IMG/VR virus record: IMGVR_UViG_2872158770_000004
Length of the DNA: 34,669 bases
Direction: 5' to 3' (one strand)
Origin: a virus
Lineage: Duplodnaviria > Heunggongvirae > Uroviricota > Caudoviricetes
This document shows, one piece after another, positions 1 to 10,158 of this stretch (positions are counted from its first letter, which is position 1; the number at the start of each line of letters is the position of its first letter). A program made the translations under genes and the position numbers. The notes under the pieces are model-generated. The model searched no databases. It was not told the DNA's origin and saw only the letters and a program-made list of their open reading frames with translations.

Positions 1-491
1 CTACGATAACCGCGCATTCAACATGGCTATCTGTTCGTCGTTCATGTCATCAATCCACATACCGTAAATTTCATACACCATTTGCGCAGTTTCATGCCCC
101 ATCTGGCTGGCTATAAATGCCGGGTTCGCTCCTGCCGTCAACAGCCAGCAGGCAAAAGTATGTCGCGTATGGTACGGATTACGGCGGCGAATACCAGCAC
201 GTTTTACTGCTGCATTCCATCTTGCACCCAAACTGCTTACCGAGTAATAAGGTTTCTGTTTTTCGTTACACACCCTGGGCATGAAAACAAAATGCAGTTT
301 TTGCTTTTCAGTTCTGCCGTACTCCCGATGATAAAAAGTGATTTCGCTTTTGCGATGATGCCCGGTCAGTTTGTATTGCTCCTTCAGTGCTTCAAGAGCC
401 GGCTGCAGTAATGTTACCGTCCGGATCCCGGCATTTGTTTTTGGGGGACCGAACATATCAAGTATCGTCAGGTTTCTTCTGACATTCACAA
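1..491 (-). pseudogene. int: Phage tyrosine integrase, C-terminal segment (catalytic region: HTRHTFACWLL...GHETAQMVYEIY); gene split by IS600 copy A
   Basis: ORF track 1..507(-); first 16 nt of that ORF are IS600 terminus, so host sequence ends at 491. Stop codon TAG at 1-3. Frame is continuous with 1756..2503 once IS600 plus one TSD copy is removed. Confidence 0.8.
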
Positions 492-534
492 TGAGGTGTA
501 CTGGCAATAGCGGACACTACCATTTGTTCTTTTT

Positions 535-1353
535 TTAAGCAGCCATCTGATGATATTTTTCCCTGAAGGCTGCCGGGGAGATATTCCCCAGACGAGAGTG
601 ACGACGCTGACGATTGTAGAAAATCTCAATGTATTCCCGTATTACTGAGATGGCTTCATCCCGGTTATTAAAACGATAGTGGCTCAGGCTCTCATTTTTC
701 AGCGTTCCCCAGAAGCTTTCCATCGGAGCGTTGTCGTAACAGTTACCTTTACGCGACATTGATGTTTTCAGACCAGACTGCTCCTGTATGACCCGGTAAT
801 CGTATGCGCAGTACTGTGAACCTCGATCAGAGTGGTGGATTAGCCCGGCAGGTGGGCGCTGGCTCCTGAGCGCCATAAACAGGGCTTTACCTGTCAGCTC
901 TTTTGTCATGCGCTCTCCCATGGCGTAGCCGACAATTTCGCACGTATAAACATCTTTGATGCCAGCGAGGTACAACCATCCCTCCTGTGTGGCAACATAC
1001 GTCAGGTCCGCCACCCAGACCTGATTTGGTGCTGTAGGAGTGAACGTCTGGTTCAGCAGATTTGGCGCAACTGGCAGATTGTGGTTCGAGTTCGTAGTCG
1101 CTCTGAACTTGCGTTTCTGCTTACAGCGTAGCCTTAGCTCCTTACGAAGACGTGCCAGTCGGTCACGACCAACGATGATGCCATTCTCTGCCAGCTCCGT
1201 CTGGAGCCGCCGGGTTCCATATGTTTCGCGAGTGCGGATATGTGCCACCTTAATCTCCAGTTTTAGCCGCTCATCACTTTGTTTTCTGTCTGAGGGTTCA
1301 TGCTGTACCCAGTTGTAATAACCGCTCCTGGATACACCAAATACCTGACACAT
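535..1353 (-). CDS. IS600 transposase OrfB (DDE integrase-core domain)
   Basis: 272-aa ORF identical or near-identical in six copies in this window; recalled IS600 OrfB sequence. Confidence 0.93.
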   Translation of the reverse strand: MCQVFGVSRSGYYNWVQHEPSDRKQSDERLKLEIKVAHIRTRETYGTRRLQTELAENGIIVGRDRLARLRKELRLRCKQKRKFRATTNSNHNLPVAPNLLNQTFTPTAPNQVWVADLTYVATQEGWLYLAGIKDVYTCEIVGYAMGERMTKELTGKALFMALRSQRPPAGLIHHSDRGSQYCAYDYRVIQEQSGLKTSMSRKGNCYDNAPMESFWGTLKNESLSHYRFNNRDEAISVIREYIEIFYNRQRRHSRLGNISPAAFREKYHQMAA

Positions 1354-1388
1354 CGCTTCAATGGGAAATTGTTGTCGCCATTGTTCGA

Positions 1389-1691
1389 TTAACGCGTATT
1401 TTTCAGCGACTCCTGTGCAAAATACGCTGTTGCTTTTTTTAATATATCTCGCTCAAGGCGAGCTTCATTTAACGCCTTACGCAGTTGCAGAATTTCAGAT
1501 TCCAGTTCAGCCACCGTGCGGGAACCAGGAGTACCGAGCCCTTTTCTGGCGGCGGTAACCCATTGTCCTAAAGTGCCTTCAGGAAGAGATAATCGGGAAG
1601 CGCCTTCACTGATCGAAAGTTGATTTTCAAGAACCGTTCTGACAGCTTCGGCTTTGAACTCTTTAGAGTAACGTTGGGTTTTTCTGCTCAT
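1389..1691 (-). CDS. IS600 OrfA (HTH transposase subunit)
   Basis: 100-aa ORF MSRKTQRYSKEFKAEAVR..., upstream of OrfB in the 0/-1 frame arrangement typical of IS3-family elements. Confidence 0.93.
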   Translation of the reverse strand: MSRKTQRYSKEFKAEAVRTVLENQLSISEGASRLSLPEGTLGQWVTAARKGLGTPGSRTVAELESEILQLRKALNEARLERDILKKATAYFAQESLKNTR

Positions 1692-1755
1692 TATTAGCTC
1701 CTTCTGATGCCATTCTATTTCAGGAAGGAGTGTCCGTTAAACTCAGGCTACCTCA

Positions 1756-2503
1756 CAATTCCCTTCTCGAAATCCACATCCTCCCACGCCAGAGCTGCCA
1801 GTTCCCCGTGACGAAGCCCGGAGTAAACGGCAAATTTCCACAAGTTTTGGCTCTGTCCTTTTTCACTTTCCATTAATGCATTGAATTCTGTTTTAGATAA
1901 CGGGTCAGGCTTTATTCTGTTTCGCTGTAATTTTTTTACTCCTTCAAATGGTTTGGTTGATATAAATCCCGACTGATACGCAAAACGTAACAACGAACAG
2001 AGCAGGGCGATATAGTTATCAACTGTGCGCACGGTTCTTCCTTTTTTGTTGGATCTTGGATTATCTAGGTAAAGCGTTTCTCCATGCAGCAGTTCATTCC
2101 GGTAGTTTAAGATATCGCTATAACGAATATGCGATATCGGGGTACTCTCACAAATTATTATCCTGAGTGTTTTTAATTGTGATTTCGTTTTCTTCATTGT
2201 GTTTGTTGTTAACTCTGTCTCTTTAATTTTTGTCCAGATATCACAAAGCTCCCCGAATGTTTTTATGACCCTCGTTGTCACCATTTTTGCCCCAGTGCTG
2301 GACTGGGGAAAACGTCTTAAATACTCAAATTCACCGGAACTGATTTCATGAACTATCAACGCTCTTAAATTCCCGGCCTTTTTAATGTTACTGTTAGTAA
2401 TCTCCCAGCCTTTCAATGTTTCCCGACATCGTTTTCCTCGAAACATGAACCAGATGCGAATGTATTTACCTCGAATCTCGACACCTGTTGGTAATTTAGA
2501 CAT
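1756..2503 (-). pseudogene. int: Phage tyrosine integrase, N-terminal segment
   Basis: ORF 1748..2503(-); last codons are read from the IS600 end. Together with 1..491 gives about 411 aa, a typical lambdoid integrase length. Confidence 0.8.
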
Positions 2504-2504
2504 A

Positions 2505-2720
2505 TCATGAGTCTTTGATAAACTGATTTATCTTCGGATAGTTGTACCAGATAATCCCTCGCTTACTGTCTGGCTTCCCTAAAGGAGATACTCGTTTGAA
2601 GTGGAAGCCTTCCACCCAACAGTTCTGGCGGTATGCTTCAATTTGTCTGGCACCCAGACCAGTGCGAAGCATCAGGCCGTATTCAACCATCCACTCTTCA
2701 TTAAAGATTACTTGTGCCAT
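2505..2720 (-). CDS. xis: Excisionase-like protein (Xis) of a lambdoid prophage
   Basis: About 71 aa starting [16 protein letters not shown]...; lies directly upstream of int with a 1-nt gap; start ATG at 2720 chosen inside track ORF 2505..2744. Confidence 0.65.
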   Translation of the reverse strand: MAQVIFNEEWMVEYGLMLRTGLGARQIEAYRQNCWVEGFHFKRVSPLGKPDSKRGIIWYNYPKINQFIKDS

Positions 2721-2895
2721 CGCATCACCTCTGGCAGGCGCCAATGTTAGGCTGAAATTGACGCCCGATGTTGATTATTAATAATCAGCTATGAAGTTTT
2801 AATTTAGACTGGCCCCCTGAATCTCCAGACAACCAGTATCACTTAAATAAGTGATAGTCTTAATACTAGTTTTTAGACTAGTCATTGGAGTACAG

Positions 2896-3261
2896 ATGAT
2901 TGATGTCTTAGGGCCGGAGAAACGCAGACGGCGTACCACACAGGAAAAGATCGCAATTGTTCAGCAGAGCTTTGAACCGGGGATGACGGTCTCCCTCGTT
3001 GCCCGGCAACATGGTGTAGCAGCCAGCCAGTTATTTCTCTGGCGTAAGCAATACCAGGAAGGAAGTCTTACTGCTGTCGCCGCCGGAGAACAGGTTGTTC
3101 CTGCCTCTGAACTTGCTGCCGCCATGAAGCAGATTAAAGAACTCCAGCGCCTGCTCGGCAAGAAAACGATGGAAAATGAACTCCTCAAAGAAGCCGTTGA
3201 ATATGGACGGGCAAAAAAGTGGATAGCGCACGCGCCCTTATTGCCCGGGGATGGGGAGTAA
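2896..3261 (+). CDS. insC: IS2 InsC (OrfA)
   Basis: [29 protein letters not shown]...; start ATG at 2896 with GGAG upstream, inside track ORF 2851..3261. Confidence 0.9.
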
Positions 3262-4124
3262 GCTTAGTCAGCCGTTGTCTCCGGGTGTCGCGTGCGCAGT
3301 TGCACGTCATTCTCAGACGAACCGATGACTGGATGGATGGCCGCCGCAGTCGTCACACTGATGATACGGATGTGCTTCTCCGTATACACCATGTTATCGG
3401 AGAGCTGCCCACGTATGGTTATCGTCGGGTATGGGCGCTGCTTCGCAGACAGGCAGAACTTGATGGTATGCCTGCGATCAATGCCAAACGTGTTTACCGG
3501 ATCATGCGCCAGAATGCGCTGTTGCTTGAGCGAAAACCTGCTGTACCGCCATCGAAACGGGCACATACAGGCAGAGTGGCCGTGAAAGAAAGCAATCAGC
3601 GATGGTGCTCTGACGGGTTCGAGTTCTGCTGTGATAACGGAGAGAGACTGCGTGTCACGTTCGCGCTGGACTGCTGTGATCGTGAGGCACTGCACTGGGC
3701 GGTGACTACCGGCGGCTTCAACAGTGAAACAGTACAGGACGTCATGCTGGGAGCGGTGGAACGCCGCTTCGGCAACGATCTTCCGTCGTCTCCAGTGGAG
3801 TGGCTGACGGATAATGGTTCATGCTACCGGGCTAATGAAACACGCCAGTTCGCCCGGATGTTGGGACTTGAACCGAAGAACACGGCGGTGCGGAGTCCGG
3901 AGAGTAACGGAATAGCAGAGAGCTTCGTGAAAACGATAAAGCGTGACTACATCAGTATCATGCCCAAACCAGACGGGTTAACGGCAGCAAAGAACCTTGC
4001 AGAGGCGTTCGAGCATTATAACGAATGGCATCCGCATAGTGCGCTGGGTTATCGCTCGCCACGGGAATATCTGCGGCAGCGGGCTTGTAATGGGTTAAGT
4101 GATAACAGATGTCTGGAAATATAG
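3219..4124 (+). CDS. insD: IS2 InsD (OrfB, DDE transposase; normally made as an InsCD frameshift fusion)
   Basis: 301-aa ORF from the track, overlapping insC in the -1 frame. Confidence 0.9.
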
Positions 4125-4155
4125 GGGCAAATCCATAATTTGAATACAATGCAAT

Positions 4156-4344
4156 TCACGAGGACTGAAGTTTCTCGCAATTAAAATTTATCAGTTTTAC
4201 TTTCTGCTCTCTGGAAACGCCTGCTTCTTTTTCCCCTGAGAGCATTTTTTCGCATTCTGATTTCGTTAGTTTTGTCTTTGAGTATCTTGTCCAGCTGGCA
4301 GGAGAACCACCTTCCTTTTCAATAGTGGCTGTAATTTTATACAT
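4156..4344 (-). CDS. Hypothetical small phage protein (62 aa)
   Basis: ATG at 4344 preceded by GGAGG with a 5-nt spacer; MYKITATIEKEGG...; inside track ORF 4156..4368. Confidence 0.5.
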   Translation of the reverse strand: MYKITATIEKEGGSPASWTRYSKTKLTKSECEKMLSGEKEAGVSREQKVKLINFNCEKLQSS

Positions 4345-4394
4345 GAACACCTCCATTAATATTTTCAAAAACCGTGTCCAAAATGCACTTGGTT

Positions 4395-5492
4395 TTACAC
4401 CGGAATATTCTCATCGTATCCTGCTTGTTGCGTTTCGTTTTGTGTTTGTGGATCCGGGAATGCATATTCAACGCCTTCCAGTTCAATCCATAGTGCATTA
4501 CGACCAGCTTTGATTGTCGGCCAGTCCATACCTTTGATTCTTTCCCATGAGCGGGAGGTGAATGTTTTTTCCAGCAAATCAGCTTTTGCGCGTTTGGCGT
4601 CGTTACTGGTGCCCCCATGGTGCTTGTTGAACAACTCGATAATTTCATCAAGTGCGATTTCTTTTGCACGCTTTTCTTTTAGCCATGTCGGTGTACCGTC
4701 GTTGGCAAATAATTCACTGTTATCCCGTGAGGTATCGATGCCGAGGTGTTCACCTCCCAGGTTAAGAAACTCGATATGAGGAAGAAAGTTTTTAAATGTT
4801 GGGTTTGAAAATACCTGTCCATCAATACGGGTGGAGCGATCTTTTAGTATTCTGGCGGTGCGCCACACCTGACCGGTTTCTATGTTCATTTGCTTCTCCA
4901 TCTGGATCAGGATGGAGGGTTCATAACCGGTTTCTGTTTCTGCTTTCATTTTTATACCGGTTTTTGCCAACTGGCGTTTGCCATCATCACCTTCGAAAAA
5001 GTCATACTCATATCCTGCACGCCCGCACATAATAATGTGCGCCTGACTGTTAACAAATCGATCGGTAAAGCGTCGCCACTCCTGTTTGAGCCACGCCCAG
5101 TCTGAAAATTCCAGTCCTCGTTTACGGTTTCGGCGTCTGGCATACTCGTCGCATAATCCGGTCCAGAAGTGACTGATGGAGTCGATGATCATTACGGAAC
5201 CGCTGCTTTCCGCTTCATTAATGGCTTCAAGCAGATCAACAAACGAGCGGGTTTTTGCCGTAAATAATTCGATATTTTCCGCATCAAAGCGGGGTTTAAC
5301 CCAGTCAGAGCCTGTTTCTGTGTCCAGAAACATTACCGGGCGGTTACCAGCTTCAATTCCCCGTTGCCGCATAAGCATTACCAGACCAATAGCCAGTTCG
5401 CTTGCTGTGTAGGTTTTGCCGTCGCCAGCAAACCCCATAATTCCTGCTTTTAGATAGGCCTGTGTGTTTATTGCTCGTTGAAAAAGCGCCAT
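4395..5492 (-). CDS. RecA-superfamily P-loop ATPase (possibly Sak4/AAA_24-like) with a C-terminal extension of about 190 aa
   Basis: 365 aa; Walker A GFAGDGKT near the N-terminus, Walker B-like VMIIDSISHF; GGAGG 10 nt upstream of the ATG. Family assignment is from motifs only. Confidence 0.6.
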   Translation of the reverse strand: MALFQRAINTQAYLKAGIMGFAGDGKTYTASELAIGLVMLMRQRGIEAGNRPVMFLDTETGSDWVKPRFDAENIELFTAKTRSFVDLLEAINEAESSGSVMIIDSISHFWTGLCDEYARRRNRKRGLEFSDWAWLKQEWRRFTDRFVNSQAHIIMCGRAGYEYDFFEGDDGKRQLAKTGIKMKAETETGYEPSILIQMEKQMNIETGQVWRTARILKDRSTRIDGQVFSNPTFKNFLPHIEFLNLGGEHLGIDTSRDNSELFANDGTPTWLKEKRAKEIALDEIIELFNKHHGGTSNDAKRAKADLLEKTFTSRSWERIKGMDWPTIKAGRNALWIELEGVEYAFPDPQTQNETQQAGYDENIPV

Positions 5493-5497
5493 AGATT

Positions 5498-5794
5498 TTA
5501 GTCCTCCAAATCAATATCAACCTGGTGGTGGGCAATGGTTTCAGCCATGTACCGGATGTGTTCTGCCATGCGCTCCTGAAACTCAACATCATCATCAAAT
5601 GCGTGGCTGATTGCCTGTTTATTGGCACCGTGGCGTTGCAAATGGTCGATGCAGAGCGATTCAAACAGGTGCTGAGGCAGACCTTTTTCCAGGTCGTCCG
5701 CCAGTTCCGTTTCTTTTTCTTCACGAACGATCTGCTGGTAGTGGCGAGCCCATGCCATTTCTTCAATACGATCAAAAATCGGGTAAGCGCTCAT
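5498..5794 (-). CDS. Hypothetical acidic phage protein (about 98 aa)
   Basis: Track ORF 5498..5797; ends 5 nt upstream of the ATPase start, same strand. Confidence 0.5.
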   Translation of the reverse strand: MSAYPIFDRIEEMAWARHYQQIVREEKETELADDLEKGLPQHLFESLCIDHLQRHGANKQAISHAFDDDVEFQERMAEHIRYMAETIAHHQVDIDLED

Positions 5795-5956
5795 CACTGG
5801 TCACTCCAAAATTTTCAAGCTTGTTGGCAATCATCATTGCGATGTCAGGGATTGCAGGCGCATAGGCTATGCACGCAGGATTCGCACATAAACCGTAAAC
5901 CGCCGCAATCAACACCTGTTTTTTCCAGTTGAGTTCATCTTCGCCAGTTTCATTAT
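5772..5956 (-). pseudogene. 3' fragment of an unknown gene; its 5' part is lost at the IS600 copy B junction
   Basis: Track ORF 5772..6005(-) begins inside the IS600 terminus ([16 protein letters not shown] is IS-encoded); only about 61 codons are host sequence. Confidence 0.45.
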
Positions 5957-6020
5957 TGAGGTAGCCTGAGTTTAACGGACACTCCTTCCTGAAATAGAAT
6001 GGCATCAGAAGGAGCTAATA

Positions 6021-6323
6021 ATGAGCAGAAAAACCCAACGTTACTCTAAAGAGTTCAAAGCCGAAGCTGTCAGAACGGTTCCTGAAAATCAACTTTCGAT
6101 CAGTGAAGGCGCTTCCCGATTATCTCTTCCTGAAGGCACTTTAGGACAATGGGTTACCGCCGCCAGAAAAGGGCTCGGTACTCCTGGTTCCCGCACGGTG
6201 GCTGAACTGGAATCTGAAATTCTGCAACTGCGTAAGGCGTTAAATGAAGCTCGCCTTGAGCGAGATATATTAAAAAAAGCAACAGCGTATTTTGCACAGG
6301 AGTCGCTGAAAAATACGCGTTAA
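6021..6323 (+). CDS. IS600 OrfA
   Basis: Identical 100-aa product (TVPENQ variant). Confidence 0.93.
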   Translation: MSRKTQRYSKEFKAEAVRTVPENQLSISEGASRLSLPEGTLGQWVTAARKGLGTPGSRTVAELESEILQLRKALNEARLERDILKKATAYFAQESLKNTR

Positions 6324-6358
6324 TCGAACAATGGCGACAACAATTTCCCATTGAAGCG

Positions 6359-7177
6359 ATGTGTCAGGTATTTGGTGTATCCAGGAGCGGTTATTACAAC
6401 TGGGTACAGCATGAACCCTCAGACAGAAAACAAAGTGATGAGCGGCTAAAACTGGAGATTAAGGTGGCACATATCCGCACTCGCGAAACATATGGAACCC
6501 GGCGGCTCCAGACGGAGCTGGCAGAGAATGGCATCATCGTTGGTCGTGACCGACTGGCACGTCTTCGTAAGGAGCTAAGGCTACGCTGTAAGCAGAAACG
6601 CAAGTTCAGAGCGACTACGAACTCGAACCACAATCTGCCAGTTGCGCCAAATCTGCTGAACCAGACGTTCGCTCCTACAGCACCAAATCAGGTCTGGGTG
6701 GCGGACCTGACGTATGTTGCCACACAGGAGGGATGGTTGTACCTCGCTGGCATCAAAGATGTTTATACGTGCGAAATTGTCGGCTACGCCATGGGAGAGC
6801 GCATGACAAAAGAGCTGACAGGTAAAGCCCTGTTTATGGCGCTCAGGAGCCAGCGCCCACCTGCCGGGCTAATCCACCACTCTGATCGAGGTTCACAGTA
6901 CTGCGCATACGATTACCGGGTCATACAGGAGCAGTCTGGTCTGAAAACATCAATGTCGCGTAAAGGTAACTGTTACGACAACGCTCCGATGGAAAGCTTC
7001 TGGGGAACGCTGAAAAATGAGAGCCTGAGCCACTATCGTTTTAATAACCGGGATGAAGCCATCTCAGTAATACGGGAATACATTGAGATTTTCTACAATC
7101 GTCAGCGTCGTCACTCTCGTCTGGGGAATATATCCCCGGCAGCCTTCAGGGAAAAATATCATCAGATGGCTGCTTAA
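6359..7177 (+). CDS. IS600 transposase OrfB
   Basis: 272-aa ORF in the -1 frame relative to orfA. Confidence 0.93.
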   Translation: MCQVFGVSRSGYYNWVQHEPSDRKQSDERLKLEIKVAHIRTRETYGTRRLQTELAENGIIVGRDRLARLRKELRLRCKQKRKFRATTNSNHNLPVAPNLLNQTFAPTAPNQVWVADLTYVATQEGWLYLAGIKDVYTCEIVGYAMGERMTKELTGKALFMALRSQRPPAGLIHHSDRGSQYCAYDYRVIQEQSGLKTSMSRKGNCYDNAPMESFWGTLKNESLSHYRFNNRDEAISVIREYIEIFYNRQRRHSRLGNISPAAFREKYHQMAA

Positions 7178-7220
7178 AAAAAGAACAAATGGTAGTGTCC
7201 GCTATTGCCAGTACACCTCA

Positions 7221-8762
7221 GTTCGCTCCTCCGGTTCGCTGTTCTGGTGCTGTTTATCTTCAGTCTGTCGCACTTTATTTTCCGTTTTTTTGACTTCATT
7301 TGAGGAGATATGATGACCGGGAATCCATTTCGAATCATTCGGGTCGCTAATCCCTTCAACAAATTCTCCGCGAGAGGCAGCCAGTAATTTGTCTGCATCG
7401 ACAGGATTTTTGGGCGGAATGTTTTTCCGGGCTTCATGGAGTTCTGTCCGCAGTTTCTGATATTTCGCATCAACAGCATTTACCTGTGACTGAGCATCCA
7501 GCGGCTGCGTGTCCTGATGATGTTCAGTTGCATCCGGTTCCACTGTTTCAGCCGTTGCCTGTTCATCTGCCATTGCGCAAGATGGTTGCGGTTTTTCTTC
7601 ATCATCCTGTTTTCCTTCTTCTGTTACACGCTGCGGCATCGGGGCAGAGGAGCGACCGCAGGCAATATCCACGATTTCCGGATCAGGGTTGGCATGATCG
7701 GTTTCAGTCAGTACCTTGTTCAGATATTCAGTGACGTGCGCGGGGATGACCTCGATCCCAATTGGTGCTTCTTTTACGGACGCAACCACGATGGCGCGGG
7801 AATAATCCAGCCCGCCAGGCATGGTGATGAATTTGTCGCGGAAAACAGAAAAGGGCGGTTTATTTTCAGCGATAATTTCCTCAATGCGTTTAGCGTGTGC
7901 CGGATGAAGGTTATAGATGTCCAGATCCATTGAACGGGCCAGTACGCCAGTGGCTACGTCGCGCGCCAGTGACGTCAGATCGTGTACGAAACCTTCGCCG
8001 CGATCGGTGAGGTTTCCGCCGCCAGCATTAGCACCGGAAGCCGTGCGAGTGATGTGTGAAACACGATTACCCTTCATCCACTCTTTTGTCAGCAGTCCTC
8101 GATCGGTGTAGTCAGCGTTCAGGTATGCTTCGAAAAAAGCAGTTATCAGTCCCAGGCTTGAATTACCAGGATTAGGGAAAACTTTGTCAGTGTCACGAAC
8201 CAGTTTGTGGAGATCGCGAATTTCCAGCGGGTCGAGCAGGCTGGTTTTGTGGGAAACAGCCAGGGCAGTAACAGCCGGTAGTTCTTCAGCCCGAGCAATG
8301 TGTAATGCCTGGAGTCCGTCGCGTGAAACGTGCGTTACCGGTTTTTCGCTGCCGTGTTGAGCAAGCCAGCGAATGGGCAGTTCCTGACCGGAAACTGGCA
8401 GGAGCATGTTCTCCTCAATTTCTGTCATGTCTTCGCCGTTGACGTTGGTATTGTCAGTGCTGGCTGGTTTGTCCTGAACAGAGGGAGAAGATGCGATAAA
8501 TACCATTGTGATGCCATCTTCCCCGCCTTTTTCGTAACGGTTGCAGAATTCCGTATCAAACACGCCTTCTGGTGGGAGGTCACCAACAACGGGCAAATTG
8601 ACGCGAACAGGTTTTTTAAAGTCATCTTCATCGTAGCCAGCATCGTCAATCGCAACAGCACCACGGGAGATGGCAATGGATAATTTTTTCGCTTCAGCCC
8701 AGTAAAAACCGCCTTTAATACCGAGGCGTTTTCTTACTTTGTCATTTTTTGCTTCGTAATAC
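7221..8762 (-). pseudogene. Large phage protein fragment in the recE position of Rac-like prophages; N-terminus interrupted by IS600 C, C-terminus lost at IS600 B
   Basis: Track ORF 7202..8794(-), 530 aa, both ends read from IS termini. After removing IS600 C plus one TAC, the frame continues upstream to an ATG at about 10058 ([21 protein letters not shown]...) with a GAGG RBS. Long acidic low-complexity region. The RecE-like label is from synteny and composition only. Confidence 0.5.
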
Positions 8763-8805
8763 TGAGGTGTACTGGCAATAGCGGACACTACCATTTGTTC
8801 TTTTT

Positions 8806-9624
8806 TTAAGCAGCCATCTGATGATATTTTTCCCTGAAGGCTGCCGGGGAGATATTCCCCAGACGAGAGTGACGACGCTGACGATTGTAGAAAATCTCAA
8901 TGTATTCCCGTATTACTGAGATGGCTTCATCCCGGTTATTAAAACGATAGTGGCTCAGGCTCTCATTTTTCAGCGTTCCCCAGAAGCTTTCCATCGGAGC
9001 GTTGTCGTAACAGTTACCTTTACGCGACATTGATGTTTTCAGACCAGACTGCTCCTGTATGACCCGGTAATCGTATGCGCAGTACTGTGAACCTCGATCA
9101 GAGTGGTGGATTAGCCCGGCAGGTGGGCGCTGGCTCCTGAGCGCCATAAACAGGGCTTTACCTGTCAGCTCTTTTGTCATGCGCTCTCCCATGGCGTAGC
9201 CGACAATTTCGCACGTATAAACATCTTTGATGCCAGCGAGGTACAACCATCCCTCCTGTGTGGCAACATACGTCAGGTCCGCCACCCAGACCTGATTTGG
9301 TGCTGTAGGAGCGAACGTCTGGTTCAGCAGATTTGGCGCAACTGGCAGATTGTGGTTCGAGTTCGTAGTCGCTCTGAACTTGCGTTTCTGCTTACAGCGT
9401 AGCCTTAGCTCCTTACGAAGACGTGCCAGTCGGTCACGACCAACGATGATGCCATTCTCTGCCAGCTCCGTCTGGAGCCGCCGGGTTCCATATGTTTCGC
9501 GAGTGCGGATATGTGCCACCTTAATCTCCAGTTTTAGCCGCTCATCACTTTGTTTTCTGTCTGAGGGTTCATGCTGTACCCAGTTGTAATAACCGCTCCT
9601 GGATACACCAAATACCTGACACAT
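8806..9624 (-). CDS. IS600 transposase OrfB
   Basis: 272-aa ORF, identical family. Confidence 0.93.
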   Translation of the reverse strand: MCQVFGVSRSGYYNWVQHEPSDRKQSDERLKLEIKVAHIRTRETYGTRRLQTELAENGIIVGRDRLARLRKELRLRCKQKRKFRATTNSNHNLPVAPNLLNQTFAPTAPNQVWVADLTYVATQEGWLYLAGIKDVYTCEIVGYAMGERMTKELTGKALFMALRSQRPPAGLIHHSDRGSQYCAYDYRVIQEQSGLKTSMSRKGNCYDNAPMESFWGTLKNESLSHYRFNNRDEAISVIREYIEIFYNRQRRHSRLGNISPAAFREKYHQMAA

Positions 9625-9659
9625 CGCTTCAATGGGAAATTGTTGTCGCCATTGTTCGA

Positions 9660-9962
9660 TTAACGCGTATTTTTCAGCGACTCCTGTGCAAAATACGCTG
9701 TTGCTTTTTTTAATATATCTCGCTCAAGGCGAGCTTCATTTAACGCCTTACGCAGTTGCAGAATTTCAGATTCCAGTTCAGCCACCGTGCGGGAACCAGG
9801 AGTACCGAGCCCTTTTCTGGCGGCGGTAACCCATTGTCCTAAAGTGCCTTCAGGAAGAGATAATCGGGAAGCGCCTTCACTGATCGAAAGTTGATTTTCA
9901 GGAACCGTTCTGACAGCTTCGGCTTTGAACTCTTTAGAGTAACGTTGGGTTTTTCTGCTCAT
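9660..9962 (-). CDS. IS600 OrfA
   Basis: 100-aa ORF. Confidence 0.93.
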   Translation of the reverse strand: MSRKTQRYSKEFKAEAVRTVPENQLSISEGASRLSLPEGTLGQWVTAARKGLGTPGSRTVAELESEILQLRKALNEARLERDILKKATAYFAQESLKNTR

Positions 9963-10128
9963 TATTAGCTCCTTCTGATGCCATTCTATTTCAGGAAGGA
10001 GTGTCCGTTAAACTCAGGCTACCTCATACAGTGGGTAAACTTGTTTATCGGTGCTCATTGTTTTTTAACCTCAACTCAGATTAAAATTACTGCGAGTGAT
10101 GAATAAATGTCCCAGGTTCTTCACTCAG

Positions 10129-10158
10129 GCCTGCACAGTGTGCAGGCTTTCTTTTTTT
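10129..10158 (+). terminator. GC-rich hairpin (GCCTGCAC-AGT-GTGCAGGC) followed by a T-run; terminator-like on the plus strand
   Basis: Perfect 8-bp stem, 3-nt loop, then TTTCTTTTTTT. Sits between the stop of gene 10158..10433(-) and the upstream end of the recE-position gene; which transcript it serves is unclear. Confidence 0.4.

Larger units (their letters stand above)
492..1755 (-). mobile_element. IS600 (IS3 family) copy A, 1264 bp, 3-bp target duplication CAA
   Basis: Terminal inverted repeats TGAGGTGTACTGGCAATAGCGGACAC / ...GTGTCCGTTAAACTCAGGCTACCTCA; orfA/orfB pair in -1 frame arrangement; flanking CAA at 489-491 and 1756-1758. Confidence 0.95.
2805..4135 (+). mobile_element. IS2, 1331 bp, 5-bp target duplication TAATT
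   Basis: Starts TAGACTGGCCCCCTGAATCTCC and ends ...ATAGGGGCAAATCCA; insC/insD pair; TAATT at 2800-2804 and 4136-4140. Confidence 0.93.
5957..7220 (+). mobile_element. IS600 copy B, 1264 bp, no matching target duplication (TAT vs GTT)
   Basis: Same termini as the other copies; flanking trinucleotides differ, so the flanks are not contiguous. Confidence 0.93.
8763..10026 (-). mobile_element. IS600 copy C, 1264 bp, 3-bp target duplication TAC
   Basis: TAC at 8760-8762 and 10027-10029; simple insertion into the large gene above. Confidence 0.95.

Noticed and set aside
82-411. 109-aa plus-strand ORF
   Set aside because: Antisense to the integrase catalytic region; no RBS.
1-507. N-terminal residues MPVHL... 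on ORFs that abut IS600 ends (also at 5772..6005, 7202..8794, 28379..28756, 32632..32994)
   Set aside because: These residues are translated from the IS600 terminal repeat; the real host genes begin or end at the IS boundary.
1040-1558. Plus-strand ORFs (92 and 65 aa) inside IS600 copy A, repeated in every IS600 copy
   Set aside because: They are antisense to the transposase genes and recur only because the IS recurs; shadow ORFs.
7486-8111. Several plus-strand ORFs (64-138 aa)
   Set aside because: Antisense to the large recE-position gene; low-complexity translations.
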